From NCBI GenBank assembly GCA_951406725.2, contig OX597815.1, positions 160,084,001 to 160,148,000 of the forward strand: a DNA stretch of 64,000 bases, in the 5' to 3' direction. The notes under the pieces are model-generated. The model worked only from the letters and a program-made list of their open reading frames with translations. It made no database searches and was not told where the DNA came from. Below are positions 41,065 through 54,027 of this stretch, piece by piece (position 1 is the first letter of the stretch; each line of letters opens with the position of its first letter). The DNA comes from Octopus vulgaris (lineage: Eukaryota). The position numbers and the translations under genes are program-made.

Positions 41065-41534
41065 CACACATGCATACATATATATGTATGTATTTTGCAC
41101 ACCTACTCACACACACACACATATATATATATATATACATGTGTGTACACACACACACACACACACACACACAAATATAAGTTATATATATATATAGTTA
41201 TTTCTAAGTTTTAGATACCTATTTCAAGGAGAACTAATGGGTATTGTTTTGTTTTATTCTGCCTTATCAGAAATCGAAGAAACAAAATTCTTATAATTTT
41301 AAACTATAAAATATAGCAGAATGTAACTTAAAATCAAAAGAAAGAAAAACATCATCTGTTCTTTTTAGGCTAAATAATGAAATAATTGCCTGTTATGTTT
41401 CAGTGAAACAGTTGGAGAACATATTTGAAAAAATGTTAAGGTTAGGCAGTAAGAAAAATAAGCAAATTAAAATCTTCAGTGCTAAATTAGTTGTTTTATT
41501 CCAACAAAAATCATATTGTTTTTTCTTTTTTCAG

Positions 41535-41629
41535 CAATCATTCATGCTTGTACCTATTTTAGAGGATGTGTAAGAAAACGGGCTTATAAAAAGTTTCAAC
41601 AGAGTTCAATAATGTACTTATTATTCTGA
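41535..41629 (+). other. candidate exon (35 bp to GTAAGA at 41570, or a terminal exon xIIHACTYFRGCVRKRAYKKFQQSSIMYLLF*)
   Basis: Very strong acceptor ttgttttttcttttttcag; AATAAA just after the stop; unique-looking sequence. Confidence 0.3.
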
Positions 41630-41792
41630 CCAAATAAAATGCTGTGTATAAATAGAGCATTGCAAGAGAAATAACCAGTGAATCCTTCTTATTTCAATTC
41701 CATTTATAATTTGTTTTTAAGAAGGGATTGATGCTCCAAAGTAAGATGTTTCAGGTAATAATTCCCTTCAGAGAGCCATTTTGGCAAAAAAG

Positions 41793-41838
<46 letters not shown>

Positions 41839-41854
41839 ATATAGGGGGGGGGTG

Positions 41855-42168
41855 AACCCTGCTGTACTCTTTCACCACAACTTTCTCTCACTCTTTCTTC
41901 CTGTTTCTGTTGTACCTGTATTTCAACCTTGTCACACTCTGTGTCATGCTAAATCTCACTGAGAACAACGTTAGGGGTACAAGTGTCTGTGGAGTGCTCA
42001 GCCACTTGCACGTTAATAAATGAGCTGCAACGTCACAGGTGCTAAGCTGTATCAGCCTTTGCCTCTCCCTTGGATAACACTGGTGGCGTGGAGAGGGGAG
42101 GCTGGTATGCGTGGGTGACTGCTGGTCTTCCATAAACAACCTTGCCCAGACTCGTGCCTTGGAGGGTC
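41855..42168 (+). mobile_element. chimeric SINE (family F body + family E tail + family C tail)
   Basis: Successive segments match 45350-45660, 45895-46230 and 43930-44280. Confidence 0.7.
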
Positions 42169-42189
42169 ACAACACAAATATATATATAT

Positions 42190-42585
42190 ATATAAAACTT
42201 ACTTGGAAGAGGATGCATGGTGTTCCATCATATAACAAAATAATAAATAAAACATATGCATATATACATACATATATGTATGTACCTACATCTATATGTA
42301 TATATACATGCATATATGGGTACAGGACACCAAAAAAACGTCGAACACAATGAGAAACGAAAACATAAAAGCAGAACCATGGAAACAGACATTTACCCCT
42401 CCACAAAAAACCTTAAATTTTGTTTAATTTGCTTTGCTGGAAGGACCGTTTCACCAAAGTCGTGTCTCGCCTTTACCTTTGAAACACAGAGTAGATGAAA
42501 TGGAGGCAGCCGAAGAAGGGGAATTTTCCTTGTGTTGTATGTCTTGTACCCTGTTTTTTTTCGTTGTTTTAAAAAAAATGTCCGG
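42190..42585. mobile_element. repeat shared with 61300-61490 (opposite orientation); probable Penelope-like terminal fragment
   Basis: aaaacttacttggaa..gatgcatgg..gggtacaggaca..aatgagaaac in both places; class assignment is inference. Confidence 0.5.
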
Positions 42586-42639
42586 GGATAAGCTATCCAG
42601 GTGTAACACATTATTATCCAAACAAGTACTCTGCTACTG

Positions 42640-45280
42640 CAATCTAAGAGTAATATCAAAATTAAATTCTGGCAGCTTTATGTATGACATCAAGGTTCTC
42701 AAAGACTTCACATTGGGATTTCTTTGTATGGATTAAAGATGAATTTGTGAGGTCTATGACTTCGTCAGCAAACACTTTCTTTTAATTAAAAACTGACAGA
42801 TGCAGTTTGTAGTTCCCACAACAGTTAAAGCATTCGGTCCAATATCTGAATAATTAGATTCAGCAGCAGTTAATCTTCTTGATAAATATAGAAATGGATG
42901 TTATCTTGCAATAAAATCACAGATAGAGATTACTCATTAGCATCAATTCTCAGCATGATATCCTTGTTGACAGCAATTATACTCACGATATCTCTCAGTA
43001 GGAACAATTTTCAAATATTTGAAAGCCATTGTTTGAACATTTGTCTAATCAATTCAATATCTTTCTTGTACAAATTTACAATTAGTTTGTTATTTCCAAA
43101 TATTTGGGCAAATATTTGGATTGGGTTGGATTGCCTATGTTCAGTCCACTGCAGGAGAAAGGCCTCAGCCTCTTTTCTCCGAACTATGGTCTGATGTGGA
43201 GGCTGTAAATTTGAGCTGAAGATCATACTGGGTTGATGAGTCTATTTTGCCCCACTGGTTCAACAAGGCTTTGCAGAGAAATGCAGTTTTCTTATTCTCC
43301 CAGAAGTCAATTACATCAATGCCAGTGATCAACTGGTTCTTATTTTATTGACCCCAAAAGAATGAAAGGAAAAGCTGACCTCAGCAGAATTTGAACTCAG
43401 AACATAAGAATAGATGAAATTCTGCTAAGCATTTTACCTGACATGCTAATGATTCTGTCAGCTTACTGCCATATGGTTGTGAGCAGCACAAATATTTATT
43501 GACCATAAAAACTCCATCAATCCCAAAAAGGACTCAGATTCATTCTTTCAGACATTGTGGTATGGAGCATTTAATATTTTCTTGATCATACATCATTCTG
43601 GAGAAATGCCTTTCTTTGAAACAGAATATTTCCAAAATGATCGACCCAGTATAGTCTTGGTTCAATTCCCCCTCAGAATTTACTTTTAAACATACTTAAT
43701 CCAGACAGATTATTTTATTTTTTATACCACCCCATATCATACTGTATTTATTCAAACCCTAGTTCTTGCATGGTCTTTTTAATTCAAAAGTCTATTCAAT
43801 TGAATAGCCAAGCTTTCATACAGAATTTAAAAACCCATAGTTGGCATGTAAAACACATGCAATCACTAAAACAGTATTAGCATACTTAAGACATTATATC
43901 TTACACACATGAAGGCATCATCTTACATTTGTGAAGGTGCATGGCTCAGTGGTCAGAGCGTTGGGCTCACAATCATGGAGTAGTGAGTTCAGTTCCTGGA
44001 CCAGGCTGTGTATTGTGTTTTTGAGCAAAACACTTTATTTCACATTGCTCCAGTTCACTCAGCTGTAGAAATGAGTTGTGATGTCACTGGTGCCAAGTTG
44101 TATCGACCTTTGCCTTTCTCTTGGATAATGTCAGTGGCATGCAGAGAGGAGGGTGGTATGCATGGGTGACTGCTGGTCTTCCATAAACAACCTTGCCCTG
44201 ACTTGTGCCTTGAAGGGGAATTTTCTAGGTGCAATCCCATGGTTAATCATGATTGATGGGGGTCTTTACATTTTACCCTTACACACTGCAATGGTTGTTT
44301 CAGTATGAGCAGTTAAATCAGTCTTTATTAATAGAGTCTGGAATGTAATTCAAAGCTTGAAGGATTGATTCTGCTTTTTGATCACTATCAATATCTGCCA
44401 TCATTTACGTGATCTTTATGAGTGATTATATGCTGTTCTCCCTAAGAATCACAGCTATAGTATTTTATACTTGAGATATAAATCTAGCATTTTATAGTTC
44501 ACCATTTCTTCTTTGTCAAAATGAAATTGAATCTACAGTTTCTTAAGACATTGCTATTAGTGGTTGTATTTTTCTATCCATTAAGTGAGGAATGTTTCGA
44601 CAACACAATAGCATTGCAGTTCAGATGTGCATTAATAGAAACATTATTTGATTACTAGGCTTTTAAACCTATATTAACACTTATTACCATTAGTTCAGCA
44701 GTTCCATTTGATTCTAGATGATATGGGAACATTTTCATAAATGTTCCTTTGATCAGATCAAGCCACACACACAAGCCATTATCACAAAATTCTCAGGACA
44801 TTACCATAACATTCTCAAGAATGGTCATACATAATGTTCCTGAAACACCATTTTTGGCATGCACACCACTTACTTGCTTAACTGTTTCTACATTATTCTA
44901 AAACATTATTAGTTCTGGCCACCAAAAGTATGTATCAGCATCAGGAATACTTCTAAATTCTTCAAATAAGCTGAGTCAATATCTATACATAGCCATGCTT
45001 TAATTCCTTTCAGTTATGGGTGCACTGTGCAAGGTAATTCTGCTTCAATTTTTGTACATGTCAGACATCTTATATGTCATTCAACATCTTTACAATAGCC
45101 TGGCCACCATGTTTGCAATTTCAACAGATTTCTTACAATTGTGTCACACTGTACATCATCATAATACACACACTTTATCATTAATGTTCTCTGAATTAAC
45201 TGTATCTCTTGCAATTGAGAATTGATTTTTCTCAAACAGATCTGTGAAACAATCAGCTTTCATTTACACAAGATACAGTT
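42640..45280 (-). mobile_element. degenerate Ty3/Gypsy pol: integrase (~45230-44400), RT (~43870-43470), RNase H (~43030-42640); interrupted by SINEs
   Basis: LKLQTWWPGYCKDVE.HI.CLTC, PYHLESNGTAELMV..V..GLKA; YSVSKKGISP, ESFLGLMEFYG; YLSRRLTAAESNYSDI..ALTVV. Confidence 0.85.
43930..44280 (+). mobile_element. SINE family C, full length
   Basis: gtgaaggtgcatggctcagtggtcagagcg..gagttcagttcc head (A/B boxes), V-like core, tail. Confidence 0.9.
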
Positions 45281-45349
45281 AACTTTTTGAAGTTACTTAA
45301 ATTACATACAACAAAACAATTAGTATTATTCTTAAAATTCTTTTTAAAT

Positions 45350-45660
45350 ATTTATTTTTATGCACCCTTTTCAAGCCTAGCCAGGCTCATTGCCCAGTTC
45401 CCCGGTTTCTATGGCATATGTGTTCCTCCCAGCTGGGCAGGATGCCAGTCCATCGCAGTGTTACTCAGGAAACAGGAAGAAAGAGTGAGAAAGTTGGGGC
45501 AAAAGAGTACAACAGGGGTCACCACCAGCTCCTAATGGAGTCTCATGGAGCTTTAGGTGTTTTCGCTCAATAAACACACACAACGCCTGGTCTAGGAATT
45601 GAAACCGCGATCCTCTGACCGTGAGTCCACTGTCCTAACCACTGGGCCATTGCACCTCAC
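45350..45660 (-). mobile_element. tRNA-derived SINE family F
   Basis: Head gcaatggcccagtggttaggacag..ggtttcaattcc on the minus strand. Confidence 0.75.
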
Positions 45661-45894
45661 CTTTTAAAATATACTCAAAAGAAAAAAAAATCATTGATAG
45701 TCTCTAGCCTTATATGTTAATGTTTCAACAAGGTAGATAAAAGAATAATCATCATGAGAGGGTTAATCCAAGCCAACGTTTTAAATAAATTTCTGTAATG
45801 ATAATTTATCGATATGTAATACTCCAAATTCATTCACATAATATACTTCATTATCAAATTCTTCAAATATGTGCAAATGTCACTTTCAGTAAAC

Positions 45895-46230
45895 TTCACT
45901 TCACTCACTGGCACTCCACCGGTTATGAGGATGAGGGTTCCAGTTGATCCAATCAATGGAACAGCCTGCTGCTTGTAAAATTAACATGCAAGTGGCTGAG
46001 CACTCCACAGACAAGCATACTCTTAATGTATTTCTTTGGGTGATTCAGCATGATACAGAATGTGACAAGGCTGGCCCTTTTGAATTATAGGTACAACTCA
46101 TTTTTGCCAGCTGAGTGGACTGGGGTAACATGGAATAAAGTGTCTTGCTTGAGGACAGATGTCACCGAGGATTGAACTCATGACCCTATGATCATGAGCT
46201 GAATGCCCTAACCACTGAGCACATGCCTTG
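45895..46230 (-). mobile_element. SINE family E
   Basis: Matches 5025-5310 and 55760-55975. Confidence 0.85.
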
Positions 46231-46719
46231 ACTTTCAGTAAACTACAATAGCTGATAAAAATAAATTTTAGTGGTCTGTGATCTAAGACAGATTTAAATT
46301 CTCTGACAAGCATAAAATGCCATGCTCTTTGGGATATCTCAAAGTTACCAAAGCATTTGTTTCAATAATTGGGAAACTTAAGGCAACAAGCTAGAAGAAT
46401 CATTAACATGTGGATCAAAATGCTTTGTGGAATTTTGTCCATCTCTATGTTCTGAGTTCACATTTCACGGAGGGTGACTTTGCCTTTCATCCTTTCAAGA
46501 TTGATAAAATATGTACCAGTTAAGCACTGGGGTTGATATAATTGTTTAGCCCCTTCTCCCATATTTCGGGTCCTGTGCCTTTAGTAGAAAGCAATATTTG
46601 TGCATCTTGTTTCATATGTGTTTATTACTCTGGATGAATACAGTACATAATGGCCTTCTTGTGAAAATATTCTTCATATAGCCTTTTTACTTGCATCAGT
46701 TGTAAAAGTTAACCATTTT

Positions 46720-47445
46720 TGTGGCATGAAAGAATAGGCAAGGAAAATACCCTTGTCAGATCATTTCTGTGTGTCCTCAAAGGACCAACTGAAGGATGCC
46801 CTGGCTTATGAATGGATTATCATGTGGTTTATCAACCAAGCCAAGCATACAGTTGTATCTGACTGGTCTTCAAAGCTGATATGAGGTGTCAAGTTAAATT
46901 AGCATGATACACACCAGCTCATGAACTTGCACTGTAGTAATTGGGCCAACATGATGCAAGCATAATAGAAGCATCAGCTGTGACTCACCTCTTTGTCACC
47001 TTTGTAGCACTGAGTGTGATTTGGAGGTGTGAGGAAAAAGAGCATTCAGAAGACAGAATTTTGTTGAAGACCATATTAGACGTTTACAAACAGTAAAGGA
47101 TTTTTCCTCTATGAATTTGGACCCTTTGAAGGCCAACTAGACCAAGAATTGCATAGGTGTACTTATGATGAGTGGCAAGTGAGCAGAGTACTTTGACTTG
47201 ACCCAGCTGGTGGGCTTTCACCTATCTTTGGATGGGTTACCTAATTTGTGTTATGCTTTTAGCAAATATATCTTTTTTGAGTTTTTTCATTTATTATCAA
47301 TTTTTTTATGTACAGATTGTCTAATGATGTTAATAATTCCCTCATTTTATATAATTTTGTCTTATCCATCCCTATACATCTTTGTAGTCTATGTATACAT
47401 TTTGATGTATGACTGCTTGGATAGGTTCTTGTGGTCAAAATAATA
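46720..47445 (+). mobile_element. possible very old L1/Tx1-like LINE 3' end
   Basis: Only faint resemblance, mainly the 3' UTR-like gggttacctaatttgtg region. Confidence 0.25.
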
Positions 47446-47834
47446 CATAGAACATAAAGAACCATAAGTAAACATTGCATTTAGTTATTGCTCTTTACAT
47501 TGATTTAGTCTCTCTCTTTCATCATTCCAGGGTTGATAAATGATGTACTGAATGGGTAAGTCAAGTTCCAAAATTGATCTAATCAACTGTTCTCTTCCCC
47601 ACATATATGATCTTCTGTCTAATTAAGAAATCACTGCTAAATAGTAGCAGTGAAAGCCAGTCAAAATGATTTATAGTTGTTAGATGTTATTGCCGTTCTG
47701 TAACTTCTGGCCAACCTTGATTGCACTAATCTATAATCAAAAGCAATTGATAAGTCCAACTGGATTTTGTAGGTGGTGTTTGTCATTCCTTGTTTAAGAC
47801 AGTAGAATTTGTTCTGAGAGAGACAGAAGTAGCC

Positions 47835-48335
47835 AAGGCAGCGACCTGGCAAAAACGTTAGCATGCCGGGTGAAATGCTTAGCGGTATTTTGTCTGCCAC
47901 TACGTTCTGAGTTCAAATTCCGCTGAAGTCAACTTTGCCTTTCATCTTTTCGGGGTCGATAAATTAAGTACCAGTTACACACTGGGGTCGATGTAATCGA
48001 CTTAATCCATTTGTCAGTCCTTGTTTGTCCCCTCTATGTTTAGCCCCTTGTGGGCAATAAAGATAAAAGAAATGTTAGCACGCTGAGCGAAAAAAAAATA
48101 GGTCGGCAAGCTGGCAGAATCATTAGCACGCCGGGCGAAATGCTTAATGGTATTTCGTCTGCTGCTATGTTCTGAGTTCAAATTCCACTGAGGTCGACTT
48201 TGCCTTTCATCCTTTCGTGGTCGATTAAATAAGTATCAGTTATGCACTGGGGTCAATATAATCGACTTAATCTGTTTGTCATTGCTTTCCCCTCTGTGTG
48301 TAGCCCCTTGTGGGCAGTAAAGAAATAAGAAGTAG
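47835..48335 (+). mobile_element. SINE family A multimer
   Basis: Two full units plus a partial head in tandem. Confidence 0.85.
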
Positions 48336-49240
48336 CTATTTTTAGGTGGTCTTGCAACTACACAGCTACACCCTTGTGGTTTGTATCTCACAAAATTATG
48401 TACAGAGTTCCGAGTTAAAAATACCAAGATAAAATTAGCATTTCACACAATGAGGTTAATGAAAAAATACAACGGCAACTAATATATTTGACTATATTAA
48501 TGGTATTCTTCTCCATGAAAATTGCCTGTTAGTCTTGTTTAAATATTTTAATAATTGCAGTATTTCAAAGTAATTAACCTGTTTGAGATTAGGATCTTGA
48601 ACATATATCAACTTTAAAATTGTTAGACCTACACAAAGAAAATTTAGAAAAGATAAACCACATCTTCTTCTGAATCTTAATTTTGACAGAAGTCCTACTA
48701 CCATAATGTGGTAGTGTGATTGAAAACAACCAGCTTGTATTAATTATTGACTTCGTGCACCTGCAGAGATATTCAAGCTGTCTTGAATATAATGTACTTT
48801 AACCTCCCTCTCTACATATACGTTACAAATTTACGTTCATAATTACACACAAATTTACAAACAGTTATACACTTTTCTCTTCACTTGTGGATCTTTTGAT
48901 AATTGTAAATACCAACACTTAATGTACAACTTTAGTCACAGATGGAATATACAAATCTCAGCTTTGGGAGACGAGATATAACACTGCATACATCTTCCTT
49001 TTTTGCTTCTCTTGATAGTGCTAAGCAAATTTTCCATCCGTATTTGCAGTCTTCTCTAACAGTGGCACCACCAAATGAATGGCTATTAGCAATATTCTTC
49101 GCTCTTGAAGAGTTAATGTTGTTTTTCTTCCAAGGAGTCTTCAACAGACTTTATGAGGCAATTCTTTGATACTCCAAGTGTTGGCTATGCACACATATGT
49201 ACACACACACACGTACTCACACACACACACATGCACACAC

Positions 49241-49282
<42 letters not shown>

Positions 49283-49618
49283 ATGTATGTGTGTGTATGA
49301 GCAAGTGAGTGAATGAATAAATGAATGAATGAAATAGAGAAGAAAATGTGCAGAAATCTTTATGATAAAACTTTATGGCAGAAGTGGAATAATAATGTAA
49401 TCGACTGATTACATTTTTTTTAAAGATGTCATGACTTTGTAATAAATGATGCTGTAATTTTATTACTTCGTAAGCAGCTGACATTGATGATGCTGTTGTT
49501 ATTTCATAATTTCAGAATTTCATAAGTAGATGTTGATAATAAGAAAGCAGGTAATAAATGAACGTCATTAATAGTAACAGGAGTGGTACTAAGTGGAATA
49601 TTGATCTTTTTTTTATTT

Positions 49619-49717
49619 AATGATAATAATAATAATGATAATAATGATGATGATAATAATGATAATAATAATAATAATAATAATAATGATAATAATGATA
49701 ATAATAATAATAATAAA
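49619..49717. repeat. (AAT/GAT)n microsatellite
   Basis: Direct observation. Confidence 0.95.
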
Positions 49718-50479
49718 CAGCTATAAATGAAATGCCAATATTTTTTGAATGAGTGTAGACAGCTTATTGATCTGCTGTCGTTTAGTTATTCCATAACGAT
49801 ATTGATATAAGAGAAATAAATTTTCAGTTGGTAATTTACAACATGTGTATCTATGTGTTCACTTAAAGACATCGGTCTGAAACTGGTGGATCATATTTAC
49901 TCTTTGTGTAATATACTTTTTCTTAAGGTTATTAGTGAGTGTCCTATTTAGTTCTCAAATATCTTGAACAAGGTTTCTAAATGTACAGATAATTTCATTA
50001 TTTTGAAGCATTGTTTAAAATAGAATTCTGAATATTCAGAAAACTTAAGATTTATTTCACAGTTTGATTGTGCAAACATTTTGATTGCTTTTCTTTTGTT
50101 GAATATAATTTAGCATCATCCTTTGTGACTATCCTTTGCTTGTCTTTTACCTTGTACAACTGTATGTATTCATAGAATCCAATTCATCAAGCATATTAGT
50201 CCAATCTTTATTGTCTACAATTGTGAGTTGAGACAATTTGTAACATTTTCAGTTTAGATGTGTTGTTTTGTTTTACTTGGCTTAGTATCAATTGACATCG
50301 TTTGTCTTCACCATCTATCCTATCTTCTAAAGTTAGTATTCACCTTTCTAATACACCAGTTTTGGTTCATGAAAAATTAAGGCCTCCTTAGTACAAGCAG
50401 CAGATCATTGGTACCATGTTCACATTACTATCTACCAAGATCTGAAATGGGTTTGAAGTTCAAATATGTTTTATATATA

Positions 50480-50700
50480 TTTTGTATCACTATGTAGGTC
50501 CTTTCTCAGATTTTCTATTGGTTTGGGAGTGATATTTTAGCAATAATGCTCAGTATTGGTTCTTCCATGCACAAGGTACATAATCCATTATTATCCACAT
50601 ATGGTGTAGCTCTTGGAAGGCTCTTCAACATAGTCATTGTTTTCTTCAAGTTGCTATGGGTAGGAGGACTGCATCATTGTGTTTCTTCTGTCAGGTTACT
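50480..50700 (-). mobile_element. Penelope-like GIY-YIG endonuclease C-terminal relic
   Basis: Translation RATPYVDNNGLCTLCMEEPILSII resembles the PLE motif A.PY.....C.LCLEEK..I. Confidence 0.45.
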
Positions 50701-51674
50701 GTAACAGTATATGTGTTGATTGTCATAGATTTTAAAGTAGTGAGCAGTTAGGCTGATTTACACATTAATAGGAGTGTGAATTATAACAATATACTGATAT
50801 ATACTATAATATATACTGTTATTTGTTATTTTCAAGGCAGTGAGAGTTAGGAGTCATTGAATAGAGCTCATATAGTTGTAATTAGTATTATTAGACTGAT
50901 AACCTCATATTCTATTTCTACTCTTGTACAATTTGACTAGCTTTGAGGAAGAGATGTTTTATGCTAAAGCAGATCTATAGTAGATGATGATGACAATATA
51001 TACATATGCAGAGACATAAAAAGAGAGAAGGGGCGAGAAAGAGAGAGGGAGAAGGAGAGAGGTAATGTGCATGTTGGTTGTAGACAAAGCATACTATTTA
51101 TACAAATAATGTTGTTTGTTGCAGTCTACTGCAAGAGTATGTCTGGACTATTTGCCATTGAATAGACAGGAGGAATTATTACCTTGCTTGGAAACAGGTG
51201 AGGAATAGCATCAGGTAGGGCAAATAGCCATAAAAAAATTCTGACTTAATGGTGTCTCATCTGGTTCATGCATGGAGGGAAAAAAGACATTGAAATGATG
51301 ACATTGGCATATGACACACATATGTTTAGTACATGTATACAATACACATACAGGTATATATAATATGTTATGATATATAATACATATCTGTATAATATAT
51401 TACAATATATACTATATCTTATAGTATATATGTATATATATACATGCTCATAAATATCTATTTATATATGTATTTAGGTTTCTCAGTTCAGACAGAACTG
51501 TTACCATAATCACTATGAGCTGGAAAGATAAGACTACATTATAAAATATATGAGACTGTAATAAATATTTTTTGTCTAGGAATATATTTTGAAAATGAGA
51601 ATGAGAAGAGCAAGAAAATTTTACTCTTTAAAGTCTATTTTCGTACTTCATATTAGCATTGTTTCAAATTTCAG

Positions 51675-51761
51675 AGCTGCAGGGCAAAATATCCAGCCTA
51701 CATCATTACATCAAATATTCCACTGAAAACATTTTTCTCGGTTAACTATATTCACTCTGAA
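51675..51761 (+). CDS. candidate internal coding exon (SCRAKYPAYIITSNIPLKTFFSVNYIHSE)
   Basis: Acceptor tttcaaatttcag, donor GTGAGT at 51762, 87 bp, only frame 0 open. Confidence 0.35.
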
Positions 51762-51896
51762 GTGAGTTAGTGTTGATATATTTAATGGTGAGAGCATTAA
51801 GAAGAAAATTAGAAATTCATATGTGGAAAGTGAATAAACAATGACCTTTTAAGTATTATTATTTTAGCAAGTTATTATTATTTTCACATTGTTAGC

Positions 51897-52705
51897 AGGC
51901 GTGACTGTGGGGTGAGAAGCTTGCTTCTATACCTCATGGTTCTGGGTTCAGTTCAACTGTGTGGTACCTTGGGCAGGTGTCTTCTACTATTGCCTTGGGA
52001 CAACCAAAGCCTTGTGGATAGGTTTGGTAGGCAGAAACTGAAAGAAGCCTGTTGTGTATATATATATATATATATACAAAAAATTTACAAAAAAACAAAA
52101 CAAAAGACGAAGACAGGTCTGTAAATAACAAACAGATGTATTAGTTTAATGCTTGGGAAGTGAGAAAGTCTTTTATGTTTCGAGCCTACACTCTTCAACA
52201 GAAAGGAACATAAAAATAAGCAGAAAGAGAAAATAAAAAAGGTTTAGTGGCTAGCAGTGCTTTGCTTGTTATAACCACAAATGGCTCTGATGAAAGTAGC
52301 ATTAATTTTCTTGGGTCGTTCAATTTTTCTCAGTTGATCAATAAACCAACTGAGTAAATTTATCAGTAATGTACCTATAATGACTACTGGAAGCAACTGT
52401 AAGCCTAACTTGCTCCAATAAAGGAAAAATACGTAATGATAATTATTGTAAACTTGTTTCTTATATATGTATGTGTGTGTCTGTGTTTGTGTCTTCCCCC
52501 TCCCCCCACTATCACTGCTTGACAATTGGTGTTGGTGTATTTAAGTCCCTGTCACTTAGTAGTTCAGCAAAAGAGACCAATAGAATAAATACTAGGCTTT
52601 AAAATTAAGTTCTGTAACCGATTTGTTCAACTAAAACCCTTCAAGGCAATGCTCCAGCATGGCTGCAGTCCAGTCAAATTCTTGAAACAAATAAAAGAAT
52701 AAAAA
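51897..52705 (+). mobile_element. SINE family B split at its microsatellite by ~400 bp that includes a Penelope-like terminal fragment (52080-52260)
   Basis: 5' half 51897-52075, 3' half 52465-52705; insert has ttgaagagtgtaggctcgaaac on the minus strand. Confidence 0.75.
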
Positions 52706-53199
52706 AAAAATAACTATGGGAAGCAACTGATCTAGTCTTATTTTAACCTCATCAGCAAATCAGACTTCATTGTACTTGGTACATGGACATCAGCAAAACA
52801 GCAAATTGTACATAAGCATATCAGACGTCATTGTCTTCAGTGAAGAAATGATAAGAATATCAAAAGTATCACCATGTGATAATGTGTAAATTTTTACTCT
52901 CATTTATTGGTATGGGAAAAAATTGTCTAGAAATCAAATAATTCAATGAGATTACAAAGATAAGCCTCATCATCATTTTGTTTATTATACAGTGCTTTCT
53001 ATTGGCCTCCATTTTGTTTCACCTTATCTATTTGGCCAAATGCTCAAAATAAAATATCTAAACAGTCTAGAATGATAGACCAATCATATGCATTTAAATA
53101 TGGTGCATACTGTGACCAAAAATTATTAATAGCTTGTAGCTTATTCAGCACACAGACATTTTTAGTTGAATGGAGAAATTTTTAGTTGCTTGGAGAAAA

Positions 53200-53419
53200 T
53201 TTTTAGTTGAATGAATTGACCTCAGAACTTATTTTTTTCAAGTCTAGTACCTATTCTATCAGTCTCTTTTGCCAAAAAACTAAGTTACGGGAACATAAAC
53301 ACACCCACACCAGTTGTCAAGCAATAGTGGGGGACAAACATAGACACAAAGATACGCACACACACATATATATATATATGTATATATATACATATACATA
53401 CATATATTCATATACATTC

Positions 53420-53494
<75 letters not shown>

Positions 53495-53652
53495 TGATGA
53501 GCTTCTTTCAGTTTGCGTCTACCAGATCCACTCACAAGTCTTTTGTTGGTCTGAGGCTACATTAGAAGACACTTGCCCAAGGTGCCACACTGTAGGACTG
53601 AACCTGGAACAATGTGGTTGGGAAGCAAACTTCTTACCATGCGGCCACACCT
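53200..53652 (-). mobile_element. SINE family B
   Basis: Reverse-complement match with expanded microsatellite. Confidence 0.85.
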
Positions 53653-53984
53653 GTTGGTTGTATATACATATCCAACTAGTCCCATTCTTTCTTTCTCTCT
53701 TCCTCTTTTCTTTCTCCCCCTTCCTCTCTTACTGTCGTTTCTATTTTTCTTTTTCAAATATTTTTTCTCCATCTTTCATGTTCATTTGGTTTCTTATTTC
53801 CATTAGAGATTAGTTACAACACATCAACCAGATATAAAAGTTAGATGGGGGGAAAAATGGCTCCAAAAGAAGATAAGCAATCTCTCATGAAACATCTACA
53901 GTGGAAAAACATTAAACACAATAAGGCCATCTAAACAACAACAACAACATTAGCTAAAACATTAACCCTGTTTTATAGACCATA

Positions 53985-54027
<43 letters not shown>

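Noticed and set aside
43930-44005. tRNA-like sequences with A/B boxes (many copies)
   Set aside because: They are SINE heads continuing into SINE bodies; no intact cloverleaf tRNA gene could be supported
48492-49169. Short ORFs with faint LINE-like or gene-like flavour
   Set aside because: No convincing motif or splice structure
53160-53215. Short tandem duplications (also 1470-1506, 4246-4272, 6775-6850)
   Set aside because: Ordinary slippage duplications
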